NCBI GenBank assembly: GCA_046597055.1
Contig: JBKJLC010000205.1
Location: 1-27,916 of the forward strand
Origin: Kofleriaceae bacterium
GTDB taxonomy: Bacteria > Myxococcota_A > Polyangia > Haliangiales > Haliangiaceae
Direction of reading: 5' to 3'
DNA: 27,916 nucleotides
The notes beneath the pieces are model-generated. The model had not been told where the DNA came from, ran no database searches, and was given only the letters and a program-made list of their open reading frames with translations. Made by a program: the position numbers and the translations under genes. Below are positions 7,197-18,915 of this stretch, piece by piece (position 1 is the stretch's first letter; each line of letters begins with the position of its first letter).

Positions 7197-8537
7197 TCAG
7201 GCGGCGGTGCGCTCGAGGCCGCGCCACAGCGCGGTGCGGACGTCGTCGTAGCGAGCCGGCAGCTCGACCGGCGTGTTCCGCCAGCGCGGCGCCGGCACGT
7301 CGCCCAGCGTGCCCTCGTGGTAGCCGACCTTGAAGTCGGCGAACTTGAGGCCGCTCGCGGTCGAGACCACGACCGCGCGCTCGGCCTTGCCGATCACGCC
7401 GCGCGCCACCAGCTTCTCGAGCGCGGCCAGCGCGACGCCGGTATGCGGACAGGTGAACAGCCCGAACCGGTCGGCGCGCGCGGCGGCGTCGGCCAGCTCG
7501 CGCTCGGTCGCGATCTCGACCACGCCGTCCATGCGCTCGAGCGCGCGGACCGCCTTGCGGTAACTCACCGGGTTGCCGATCTGGATCGCCGACGCCAGCG
7601 TGGTCTGCGCCGCGACCGCCTCGAACGTGTCGTAGCCGCGCACGAAGGCCTGGTAGAGCGGGCTGGCGTTGGCCGCCTGGGCCACGCACACCCGGGGCGC
7701 CTTGGCGATGAGGCCGAGGTCGATCAGCATCTGGAAGCCGGCGCCCAGCGCCGACACGTTGCCGAGGTTGCCGCCGGGGATCACGACCCAGTCGGGGATC
7801 TCCCAGTTGAGCTGCTGGACGATCTCCATCGCGACCGTCTTCTGGCCCTCGAGCCGGAGCGAGTTCATCGAGTTCGCGAGATAGACGCCCTCGCGACTGG
7901 CCAGCTCCTGCACGATTGCCATGCAGCCGTCGAAGTCAGTGTCGAGCGCGAGCACCAGCGCGCCATTGGCCAGTGGTTGCACCAGCTGCGCCGTCGAGAT
8001 CTTGCCGCGCGGCAGGATCACGACCGTGCGGATGCCGGCGGCGGCGCCGTAGGCGGCCAGCGCGGCCGAGGTGTCGCCGGTCGAGGCGCAGGCGATCGCG
8101 GCGATCGGCGTGCCGTCGGCGATCATCTGCTTGACCGTCGACACCAGCACGGTCATGCCGAGGTCCTTGAACGAGCCGCTGTGCGAGACGCCGCACTGCT
8201 TGACCAGCACCTCGGCCAGGCCGAGCTCGCGGGCGTAGCCGGGCACCGGCAACAGCGCGGTGGCGCCCTCACCAGCGGTGACGATGTGCTCGTCACGAAT
8301 GTGGGGCGCGACCACCTCGCGCTTGCCCCAGACGCCGGAGGCCATCGCGCTGCGGGTCGCCCGCCAGCGCTCCTCGAACAGCATCCGCCAGCCCCCGGCC
8401 GAGCGCGTGCGGAGCGCATCGAGATCGTGGGTGACCTCGAGGAGCTCGTTGCAGGTCGGACAGCGATAGCGCACCTCACCGAGAGGCCACCGCCCCGCGC
8501 AGCCGGCGATGCACTGGAACCAGGCCGAATGACTCAC
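7197..8537 (-). CDS. thrC: Threonine synthase (PLP-dependent, plant-like long form)
   Basis: SHSGSFKDLGM (PLP lysine), CASTGDTSAALAAY, ANSMNSLRLEGQKT, PGGNLGN, CPHTGVA. Confidence 0.95.
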   Translation of the reverse strand: MSHSAWFQCIAGCAGRWPLGEVRYRCPTCNELLEVTHDLDALRTRSAGGWRMLFEERWRATRSAMASGVWGKREVVAPHIRDEHIVTAGEGATALLPVPGYARELGLAEVLVKQCGVSHSGSFKDLGMTVLVSTVKQMIADGTPIAAIACASTGDTSAALAAYGAAAGIRTVVILPRGKISTAQLVQPLANGALVLALDTDFDGCMAIVQELASREGVYLANSMNSLRLEGQKTVAMEIVQQLNWEIPDWVVIPGGNLGNVSALGAGFQMLIDLGLIAKAPRVCVAQAANASPLYQAFVRGYDTFEAVAAQTTLASAIQIGNPVSYRKAVRALERMDGVVEIATERELADAAARADRFGLFTCPHTGVALAALEKLVARGVIGKAERAVVVSTASGLKFADFKVGYHEGTLGDVPAPRWRNTPVELPARYDDVRTALWRGLERTAA

Positions 8538-8590
8538 GGCTCGACTATCGCACGGCGCGGCGGTGACGCGCGTTCCGGTCGAGGGCGCGG

Positions 8591-9052
8591 TCAGCGGACC
8601 GGCGGTCTGTGGTACGCGGGCTCACCGGCGTCGGGCCGCAGCACGCCGGCATCGGTCGGACGCGGACCGGCGTCGGGGAACAGCTGAGGCGCCGCGTCGA
8701 CCGGCGGAGCCACCGGGGCCGGGCGGCCGGCATCGATGGGCCGGACCGGCTCGGCGGCGCGGGCATCGACGGTCGGGCCCGCGGGGACGCTCGCGGTGCG
8801 GCCATCCTGGGCGGGCGCCGGGCCACCCGAGGGGGACGTCGAGGTGCCGGCGTCGGCTGCTGGCGGCTCGAGTGGCAGCTCGGGCGCCCCGCCCGCGCCT
8901 GGAGGATTCTCGTCAAACTCGGGAGCGGCTGGTGGCGCCGAAGGGATCTCGGGGACGATCGGCGTGGTGTCGCGGGTCGGGCTGCAGGCACCGAGCCCGG
9001 CGCTCAGGGCGAGCGTGAGCCAGACAGTGCAGCATGCGCGCAAGGAGGTCAT
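8591..9052 (-). CDS. Hypothetical Pro/Ala-rich low-complexity lipoprotein
   Basis: Signal peptide with lipobox LSAGLGAC, then a disordered region with repeated DAG/DAA-P motifs. Occupies the gap between thrC and the ferritin-like gene. Confidence 0.55.
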   Translation of the reverse strand: MTSLRACCTVWLTLALSAGLGACSPTRDTTPIVPEIPSAPPAAPEFDENPPGAGGAPELPLEPPAADAGTSTSPSGGPAPAQDGRTASVPAGPTVDARAAEPVRPIDAGRPAPVAPPVDAAPQLFPDAGPRPTDAGVLRPDAGEPAYHRPPVR

Positions 9053-9234
9053 GGCGGTCCTGGCTGCGAGCGACGTGCCGCGCCAGGCGTAGGGACTGCG
9101 AGGCCCGCCACGCGCGCTCCGGCCACGGTGGGCGCAGGCGCACGGGCGATGGCCGCTCTCGCCGCCGAGGCGTCGTCATCTCGCAGACCTGCGCGTCTCG
9201 CGCGAAGGCCTGGTTATTGCCTGAGGTGGCCCGC

Positions 9235-9768
9235 ATGCAGCCCTTCAAGACTGATCTCGAGGCGATCCGCCAGCGCGCACGCGCGCATATGCACGACGGC
9301 GCCGTGACCGGCGCGTACCTCGCGGACAAGGAGCGCGTCATCGCCGTCCTCAACGAGGTGCTGGCGACCGAGATCGTCTGCGTGCTGCGGTACAAGAACC
9401 ACTACTTCATGGCGTCCGGCATCCACGCCAAGCCGGTCGCCGAGGAGTTCCTCGAGCACGCCAACGAGGAGATGCGGCACGCGGACATGGTCGCGAAGCG
9501 CATCACCGAGCTCGGCGGCAACCCGAACCTGAGCCCGGTCGGGCTCGCGACCCGCAGCCACGCCGAGTACAAGGAGGTCGACTCCCTCGAGGACATGATC
9601 AAGGAGGACCTGGTCGCCGAGCGGGTGGCGATCGAGACCTACTCGGAGATCGTCCGCTGGCTCGGCCAGGACGACAACACGACCCGCCGGATGATCGAGG
9701 AGATCCTGGCGGTGGAGGAAGAGCACGCCGACGACCTCGCCAACCTCCTCCACCGCTTCAAGAAGTAG
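9235..9768 (+). CDS. Bacterioferritin / ferritin-like diiron protein
   Basis: Ferroxidase-centre pattern LATE...Y, EEMRHAD (heme-ligand-position Met retained), DLVAE..AI..Y, EEEHAD. SD-like GAGGT upstream of ATG 9235. Confidence 0.85.
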   Translation: MQPFKTDLEAIRQRARAHMHDGAVTGAYLADKERVIAVLNEVLATEIVCVLRYKNHYFMASGIHAKPVAEEFLEHANEEMRHADMVAKRITELGGNPNLSPVGLATRSHAEYKEVDSLEDMIKEDLVAERVAIETYSEIVRWLGQDDNTTRRMIEEILAVEEEHADDLANLLHRFKK

Positions 9769-9808
9769 CGCCGGCCCACCGAGCCGAGCCGAGGACCAGG
9801 AGAGCTCC

Positions 9809-9976
9809 ATGATCGACGCCCAGCCCGATCTCTGCCCGGCCCCGTGCGGCCTGCCCCGCCGGCGGCTCGTCGACGGGTCACCCGCCGACGCCCGCCCGCG
9901 CCAGCTCGTCCGTGACTCGGGACAGCCCGACCCGAAGTCGGGTTCCGAGCCGCGCCGGCAGCCACTGCGGCGGTGA
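9809..9976 (+). CDS. Possible 55-aa small protein (MIDAQPDLCPAPCGLPRRRLVDGS...QPLRR)
   Basis: SD-like AGGAG a few nt before ATG 9809, mostly G/C third codon positions, TGA at 9974-9976. No recognisable domain. Confidence 0.25.
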   Translation: MIDAQPDLCPAPCGLPRRRLVDGSPADARPRQLVRDSGQPDPKSGSEPRRQPLRR

Positions 9977-10387
9977 CCGCGGGCGCCCGACGGCGCGGTG
10001 GCGATGATGAGCGACCGACGGCGTGTCCTGACCGGACGCGCCGTCGGCATTTTCGGCCCGGCCGGTCGTGAACACGGGGCGGCGCAGCCGGGCTGCCCGT
10101 GTGAGCTGCCGGAGTTTGCCACCCTGGTACTCCCTGGCAGAACGGCCGCCAGGACTGGCACCCTGACAGACTGCCAATCACGGCCGCCCCCCGGACTGAC
10201 CATCAGGCACCGGCGGGCAATGCCGGGTGGTCGCCGGCAGCGGGCTCGACGAGCGGGGCCCTCGTCCCCCACCCTGTGTTGCGTGCAGTTTACATCGCGC
10301 GTGAACGCTTCCGCGCCCGGCCGGCTCCCCGGCCCGCAAGTCAGCGACACACATGATGTTTTATCGTGAGCGCGCGACCGTGCGCGG

Positions 10388-10403
10388 TGGCCGTGCCCTT
10401 GCA
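10388..10403 (+). promoter_or_regulatory. Putative sigma54 (-24/-12) promoter
   Basis: TGGCCGTGCCCTTGCA matches TGGC-N7-TTGCW with exact spacing. It lies ~50 nt upstream of ATG 10454 at the end of a long intergenic region. Confidence 0.6.
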
Positions 10404-10453
10404 CCATGACCCGGTACGAACGACGCGACGTCCACCACGACGGTCCCCTCATC

Positions 10454-12265
10454 ATGACCCCGCTGATCCTCATCGTCTCCGCGTCGCGCACCGACGCCGC
10501 CGAGCTGCAGCCCGCGCTGGCCGGCTGGGCCGAGGCGATCACGATCGAGCGGCGGGCGGATCTCGAGGCCGCCCTCACGCGCCAGCCGCGCCTGATCGTC
10601 GTGGGGGCGCGCCTGCGCGAGGGCACCCCGGCCGAGGTGCTGGCCGCGCTGGCCGGGCTCGAGTCGGCGCCGCCGGTGGTCGTGCTGGACGCCGCGCCGC
10701 GCGCGGACGACGGCCACGCCTACCACCTCGTGCGCCGCGGCCTGCCGGTCGAGCAGCTGCGGCTGATCCTCGGCAGCGCGGTGGCCGGTCGTCCGCTCGC
10801 CGCCGGCCCGCGCGCGACCGCCGGCTCGATCGACGATGCGCGACGCACCCAGCGCGCCTTCGAGGCGTCGCGCCGGGTCGCGGTGCAGCACGAGCTGGTC
10901 GGGGCCGAGGCCGAGGGCGTCGCCCAGATCATCCAGCTGCTCGCCGCCGACCGCGCGCACCTGCTGTTCCACGACGGCACCAGCGGTGATCTGTGGTCGC
11001 AGGAGCGCCAGGCCAGCCCGAGCGGCGACGCCCGTCGCGCGGTCGGTGGGCTCGCCGGGTACACCGCGCGCACCGGCCAGGTCGCGGTGACCGCGCGCGC
11101 CGCCGCCGACCCGCGCTACCTGGCGACGATCGACGATCCGCGCGGCCGCGGCGACGAGCACCTGCTGACCCAGCCGGTGATCGACGGCGAGACCATCCAC
11201 GCGGTCCTGGTCGCGGTGCGCACCGCCGCCCGCTCGCCGTTCGCCGGCGAGGACAGCGCCCAGCTCGCCGCCTTTGCCGCGCTGATCGGCCCGCTGCTGG
11301 TCCAGCTATCGTCGCAGGTCGAGGCGCGCTCGATGATCGACGAGGCCGAGGGCGGCGCGCTGTTCCGGGCCGAGGCGGTCGCCGCCCGCAAGGTGCAGCG
11401 CTACGGCCACGTCCTGCAGCTGCGCCCGCGCTGGATCGGCTGGGGCTACGCGGCGCTGGTCGCGATGGTGCTCGGCGGGGTCGGGTTCGTCGCGGTCGGC
11501 CGGGTCGGCACCTACAGCACCGGTCCCGCGGTGGTCCGGACCCTGTCGCGGGTCGAGGTGGTCGCGGGCACCGCCGGCACCGCGCGCGAGGTCCGGGTGA
11601 CGCCCGGCCAGGAGGTCGCCGCCGGCGACGTCCTGATCCGGCTCGACGACACCCGCGAGCGCGCCGAGCTCGAGCGCCTCACCGACGCGTTCGACGCCCA
11701 GCTGCGCAACCGGATGCTGGCCCCGACCGTCGACGCCACCGGGCAGGCGGTGGGCGGCCTCCGCCTCGAGCTCGAGCGCGCCCGCGCCCAGGCCGAGCAG
11801 CGCGAGGTGCGCGCGACCAGCGCCGGCATCGTCGGCGAGATCCGGGTCCGTCCGGGCCAGTCGGTCGCGGCCGGCGACACGCTGCTGTCGCTCGCGCCCG
11901 CAACCAGCGGTCATGAGGTGCTCGCCTTCTTGCCGGGCGGTGACCGGCCGCAGCTGACCGCGGGCATGGCGGTGCGCCTGCGCCTGGTCGGCTTCTCGCA
12001 GACGTACCAGGACCTCGAGATCGACACGGTCGCCGACGAGATCGTCGGGCCCAGCGAGGCCCAGCGTTACCTCGGACCCCAGCTGTTCGACAGCCTGCGC
12101 CTGGGCGGACCGGTCGTCATCGTGCGCGCGCGGCTGCCGGCCGATGGCTTCACCGCCGACGGCAAGCGCTACCGGTGGCACGACGGCCTCAGCGGCCTCG
12201 CCGAGGTCCGCGTCCGCTCCGACAGCGTGCTCGCCACCATCATCCCCGCGGTGAAGAAGCTGTGA
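10454..12265 (+). CDS. HlyD-family membrane-fusion protein with N-terminal pseudo-receiver and GAF domains
   Basis: Receiver-like N-terminus (LILIVSA...PRLIVVG...PPVVVL). GAF motifs ADRAHLLFHD, GLAGYTARTG, ADPRY, PFAGED..L. Then LFRAEAV, one TM helix, and lipoyl-like halves VTPGQEVAAGDVL / VRPGQSVAAGDTL. Confidence 0.8.
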   Translation: MTPLILIVSASRTDAAELQPALAGWAEAITIERRADLEAALTRQPRLIVVGARLREGTPAEVLAALAGLESAPPVVVLDAAPRADDGHAYHLVRRGLPVEQLRLILGSAVAGRPLAAGPRATAGSIDDARRTQRAFEASRRVAVQHELVGAEAEGVAQIIQLLAADRAHLLFHDGTSGDLWSQERQASPSGDARRAVGGLAGYTARTGQVAVTARAAADPRYLATIDDPRGRGDEHLLTQPVIDGETIHAVLVAVRTAARSPFAGEDSAQLAAFAALIGPLLVQLSSQVEARSMIDEAEGGALFRAEAVAARKVQRYGHVLQLRPRWIGWGYAALVAMVLGGVGFVAVGRVGTYSTGPAVVRTLSRVEVVAGTAGTAREVRVTPGQEVAAGDVLIRLDDTRERAELERLTDAFDAQLRNRMLAPTVDATGQAVGGLRLELERARAQAEQREVRATSAGIVGEIRVRPGQSVAAGDTLLSLAPATSGHEVLAFLPGGDRPQLTAGMAVRLRLVGFSQTYQDLEIDTVADEIVGPSEAQRYLGPQLFDSLRLGGPVVIVRARLPADGFTADGKRYRWHDGLSGLAEVRVRSDSVLATIIPAVKKL

Positions 12266-12267
12266 CC

Positions 12268-15032
<2,765 letters not shown>

Positions 15033-15036
<4 letters not shown>

Positions 15037-15965
15037 GCCATCGCCCGGTCCGCGTCATCCTGCTCGCCGCGCTCGCGCTCGCCGCGTGCGGCACCGAGGC
15101 GCCCCCCGCCCCCGCCGCGCCCCCGTCCACCCCGAGCGAAGCGCGCGTGACCGAGCTGGCCGCCCCGGCCCCGGCGCCCCCGACCGCCGTGAGCGGAACA
15201 CCCAGCGCGGCGGCGCAGGGCGCCCCCCCGACCGACTTCGTCGGCGTGGTCACCACGACCGAGGCGGTCGACGTCGCCCCCGTGATCGAAGCCGCGCTGA
15301 TCAGCCTCGCGGTCCGCCCCGGCGACGTCGTCACCGCCGGCCAGGTCCTCGCCAAGCTCGACCCGCGCGGGTTCCACCACGACGTCGAGGTCGCCAAGGC
15401 CACGCTCGCCGAGGCGGTCGCCGCCCGGCGCGCCGCCAGCGTCGACTACAAGGATGCCGGCCGGATCCTGGCCGCCGAGCGTCGCGCCTACGCCGCCGGC
15501 GTCACCGCACGCCGGGCCATCGAGGACGCCAGCGCCAACCGCGAGCGCGCCGCCGCCCTGCGCGATCGCGCCGACGCCGCGGTCGCCGAGGCCCGGGCCC
15601 GGGTCACCACCTTCGAGGTCCTCCTCTCCGACGCGGCGATCCGCGCGCCGTTCGACGGCGTGATCGCGCTGCGCTATCGCGAGGTCGGCGACACCGCCGG
15701 CCCGCGCAACCCGGTGGTCCGCATCAACAAGCGCGACGGCCTGCGCCTGCGCTTCGCGGTGCCGCCCGAGACCGCCCGCGCGCTGCACACCGGCCAGCGG
15801 GTCACCGCGCACCTCGACACCCTGGCCGCGCCGGTCACCGCGACCGTCGACCAGATCGCACCCGAGGTCGACGCCCCGTCGCGCCTGGTGTTCGTCGACG
15901 CCCGCCTCGACGGCGCGACCGCCGACCTGCAGCCCGGCCTCGCGGCCCACGTCCGCCTGGACTGA
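15033..15965 (+). CDS. Efflux RND-type periplasmic adaptor (membrane fusion) lipoprotein
   Basis: ATGA overlap with the ABC gene stop. Lipobox LALAAC. Motifs VRPGDVVTAGQVLAKLD, IRAPFDGVI, IAPEVDAPSR, LQPGL. Confidence 0.88.
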
Positions 15966-16070
15966 CCCAGTGGCGGGCGCCCTGACGCGCCGCCCACCGC
16001 CGCGGTGACCCCGGCCGTTGCTGCGGCGAGCCTTTCGAGCACCACCCGCGCCGTGGTACGCCGGCGCCCC

Positions 16071-18374
16071 ATGCGCTCTCCTGCCCGAGCCCTGCTCGCG
16101 TCCTTCGTCGCCACCGCCACCGCCTGCGGCGGCGCCACGCCCCCCCGTACGAGCACCGCGGCGACCCCGGGCTTGATCACCGTGCCGTCGACCGAGGTGT
16201 CGGCGCCACCCGCCGCGCCAGTCGCCGCGGTCCGCCGGTTCGAGGTCGCGTCGCCGCACGGCAACCGGGTCGACCCGTACTACTGGCTGCGCGACGACAC
16301 CCGCACGTCGCCCGACGTCCTCGCCTACCTGAACGCCGAGCAGGCTTACACCGCCGCGGTGCTGGCGCCGGTGAAGTCGGTCGAAGACACGCTGTTCGCC
16401 GAGCTGCGCGGCCGGATCAAGGAGGACGACGCCTCGGTGCCGACCTTCGACGCTGGCTACTGGTACTACCGGCGGTTCGAGACCGGGAAGCAGCACCCGG
16501 TCCACGCGCGCCGCAAGGGCACGATGGAGGCTGACGAGGAGATCCTGCTCGACGGCAACCAGCTGGCCACGGGTCACGCCTTCTACGCCATCGGCGCCTA
16601 CGAGGTCAGCCCGGGCGGCACGCTGCTGGCGTGGACCGAAGACGCGGTGGGACGTAACCAGTTCACGCTGCGCATCAAGGACCTGGCGAGCGGGAACCTG
16701 CTCGCGGACAGCGTCGCGAACATCTCCAACTCGCTCGTCTGGGGTGGCGACGACCGCACCCTGTTCTACGTCGGCAAGGACGCCACCACGCTGCGCGCGG
16801 ATCGCGTCATGCGTCACACCGTCGGCGCCGGCGACGCCCTGCTGTGGAAGGAGGACGACACATCGTTCAGGGTCGACGTGGCCGCCACCAAGTCGAAGCA
16901 GTACGCGCAGATCCAGATCGGCTCGACCACGACCAGCGAGGTCCGGTTGATCGATCTGGCCCGGCCCGCCGCGGCGCCGCGCGTCTTCCTGCCGCGCGCC
17001 AAGGACCACATCTACTGGCTCGACCACCTCGACGGCCGGTTCGTCGTGCTCACCAACGATCGCGGCAAGAACTTCCGCCTCGCCGAGGTCAAGGACGGCA
17101 AGGAGCGCGACCACAGGGCGTGGCGCGACCTGCTCGCGCACCGCGACGACACCCTGGTCGAGGGGTTCGCGCTGCATCGGGGCTTCGTCGGCGTGTCGAT
17201 CCGCACCGGCGGCCTGCGCAAGGTGCGGGTGATCCCGGCCAAGGGCAAGCCGTTCGTGCTCGACGCAGCCGACCCCACCTACGCGATGGCGGTGATCGAC
17301 ACCCCGGACCCGGCGGCCAAACGCCTGCGCTACTCGTACGATTCGCTGACCACGCCGAACACGATCTCGGAGATCGAGGTCGCGACCGGCAAGAAGGTCG
17401 TCCTCAAGACGCAGCCGGTGCCCGGCTTCGATCCCGCGCAGTACACGAGCGAGTACCTGCACGCCACCGCAGCCGATGGCACCAAGGTCCCGATCTCGGT
17501 GGCCTACAAGAAGGGCACGCCGCGCGACGGCACCGCGCCGATCCTGGTCTACGGCTACGGCTCGTACGGCATCTCGGAGGATCCCGAGTTCAACCCGAAC
17601 CTGGTGAGCCTGATGGACCGCGGCTGGGTCTACGCGATCGCCCACATCCGCGGCGGCCAGGAGCTCGGCCGGGCCTGGTACGAGGACGGCAAGCTGCTGA
17701 AGAAGCGCAACACGTTCACCGACTTCATCGCGGCGAGCGAGCTGCTGGTCGCCGAGCGCTACGCGGCGCGCGACCGCGTGTTCGCGCTGGGCGGCAGCGC
17801 AGGTGGCCTGCTGATGGGCGCGATCGTCAACCTGCGCCCGGATCTCTATCGCGGCGTGGTGGCCCGGGTGCCGTTCGTCGACGTGGTCACGACGATGCTC
17901 GACGAGTCGATCCCGCTCACCACCAACGAGTTCGACGAGTGGGGCAATCCGAAGGACAAGGCCTCCTACGACTACATGCTGGCGTACTCGCCCTACGACA
18001 ACGTCACCGCGAAGGACTATCCCGCGCTGTTCGTGCAGACCGGGCTATGGGACAGCCAGGTCCAGTACTACGAGCCGGCCAAGTGGGTCGCGAAGCTGCG
18101 CGCGACCCGCACCGACACCAACCCGCTGGTGTTCGACATCGACATGAGCTCCGGCCACGGCGGCGCGTCGGGACGCTTCGACAGCCTGCGCCAGACCGCT
18201 CGCTACCTCGCGTTCCTGCTGCACGTGAACGAGCGGCCCGACACCCGTCGGGGCTGGCCGGCGCCCTTTCCCGGTGGCCCTGCGCGCAGCGCGCAGCGCG
18301 AAGTCGAACCGCAGACCTCAGCAAGACGTCGGCACCGCGGCAAGGGTCCGCGAGGATCGAATCTATCGATGTGA
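16071..18374 (+). CDS. ptrB: Oligopeptidase B (S9A serine peptidase), predicted lipoprotein
   Basis: HGNRVDPYYWLRD, YGYGSYG, GGSAGG (catalytic Ser), PFVDVVTTMLDESIPLT, GLWDSQVQYYEPAKW (Asp), GHGG (His). N-terminal ATATAC lipobox-like segment. Confidence 0.93.
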   Translation: MRSPARALLASFVATATACGGATPPRTSTAATPGLITVPSTEVSAPPAAPVAAVRRFEVASPHGNRVDPYYWLRDDTRTSPDVLAYLNAEQAYTAAVLAPVKSVEDTLFAELRGRIKEDDASVPTFDAGYWYYRRFETGKQHPVHARRKGTMEADEEILLDGNQLATGHAFYAIGAYEVSPGGTLLAWTEDAVGRNQFTLRIKDLASGNLLADSVANISNSLVWGGDDRTLFYVGKDATTLRADRVMRHTVGAGDALLWKEDDTSFRVDVAATKSKQYAQIQIGSTTTSEVRLIDLARPAAAPRVFLPRAKDHIYWLDHLDGRFVVLTNDRGKNFRLAEVKDGKERDHRAWRDLLAHRDDTLVEGFALHRGFVGVSIRTGGLRKVRVIPAKGKPFVLDAADPTYAMAVIDTPDPAAKRLRYSYDSLTTPNTISEIEVATGKKVVLKTQPVPGFDPAQYTSEYLHATAADGTKVPISVAYKKGTPRDGTAPILVYGYGSYGISEDPEFNPNLVSLMDRGWVYAIAHIRGGQELGRAWYEDGKLLKKRNTFTDFIAASELLVAERYAARDRVFALGGSAGGLLMGAIVNLRPDLYRGVVARVPFVDVVTTMLDESIPLTTNEFDEWGNPKDKASYDYMLAYSPYDNVTAKDYPALFVQTGLWDSQVQYYEPAKWVAKLRATRTDTNPLVFDIDMSSGHGGASGRFDSLRQTARYLAFLLHVNERPDTRRGWPAPFPGGPARSAQREVEPQTSARRRHRGKGPRGSNLSM

Positions 18375-18861
18375 CCGAAAGCGCTCATATTCCCGGTTAC
18401 CCTGAACCGGCGCCAAAGCCGCCGTGTCGAATGCCAGGCCTCAGGATCCCGCACTACGTACCGGTGTCCCTGAGCGAAGGGCTCGTTGCGAGCCTGGAGT
18501 CGAAGGGCCAGCCTCAGGATCCCGCACATCTTTCCGGTGTCCCTGGGCGAAGGGCTCGTTGCGAGCCCGGAGTCGAAGGGGCCGCCCGTCGGAGCGACGT
18601 GCGGCACCTCGGCGCTCTGCCCTTCGACACGGCGCCTTCGGCGCCGGCTCAGGGACACCGGGAAAGGGTGAGCGCTTTCGATCACATGGAGACTTGTGAT
18701 CAATCCCGAGGTCTGCCCTTCGACTTCGCGCTGCGCGCTGCGCTCAGGGACACCGGAAAAGGTGAAGTGCTTCCGATCACATTGCGAGTTGTGATCAATC
18801 CCGAGACTGGTCCTTCGACTTTGCCCGCCGCTTCGCGCCGGGCTGCGCTCAGGACGAGCGG
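18267..18861. repeat. REP/BIME-like mosaic of seven palindromic units (consensus CCGGTGTCCCTGAGC-hairpin-GTCGAAGGG)
   Basis: Forward units at ~18271-18308, 18393-18433, 18461-18507 and 18534-18580. Reverse units at ~18620-18661, 18716-18756 and 18812-18861. Located between convergent ptrB and glmU. Confidence 0.85.
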
Positions 18862-18915
18862 AAGAGCAAGTGATCGAATTTGTGAGTGCCAGAGCGTATG
18901 TGACCGGCATTGCGG

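Noticed and set aside
9235..9768. Ferritin-like protein as encapsulin cargo
   Set aside because: No LxVGSL-type targeting peptide at either terminus and no encapsulin gene in the window.
9998..10369. 123-aa ORF upstream of the exporter as a precursor peptide
   Set aside because: Poor codon bias, no SD, no double-glycine leader pattern, and it overlaps the likely sigma54 regulatory region.
15970..15998. Imperfect hairpin after the export operon as an intrinsic terminator
   Set aside because: The stem is imperfect, there is no U-tract, and such GC pairings arise easily by chance at this composition.
16071..18374. S9 peptidase as a RiPP leader-processing enzyme of the upstream exporter
   Set aside because: It is a typical full-length oligopeptidase B with its own export signal, ~105 bp from the operon. 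No precursor or modification genes support a RiPP cluster.
18267..18861. CRISPR array or integron attC array interpretation of the repeat cluster
   Set aside because: Units occur in both orientations, vary internally, and have spacers related to each other. No cas genes, integrase or cassette ORFs are present.
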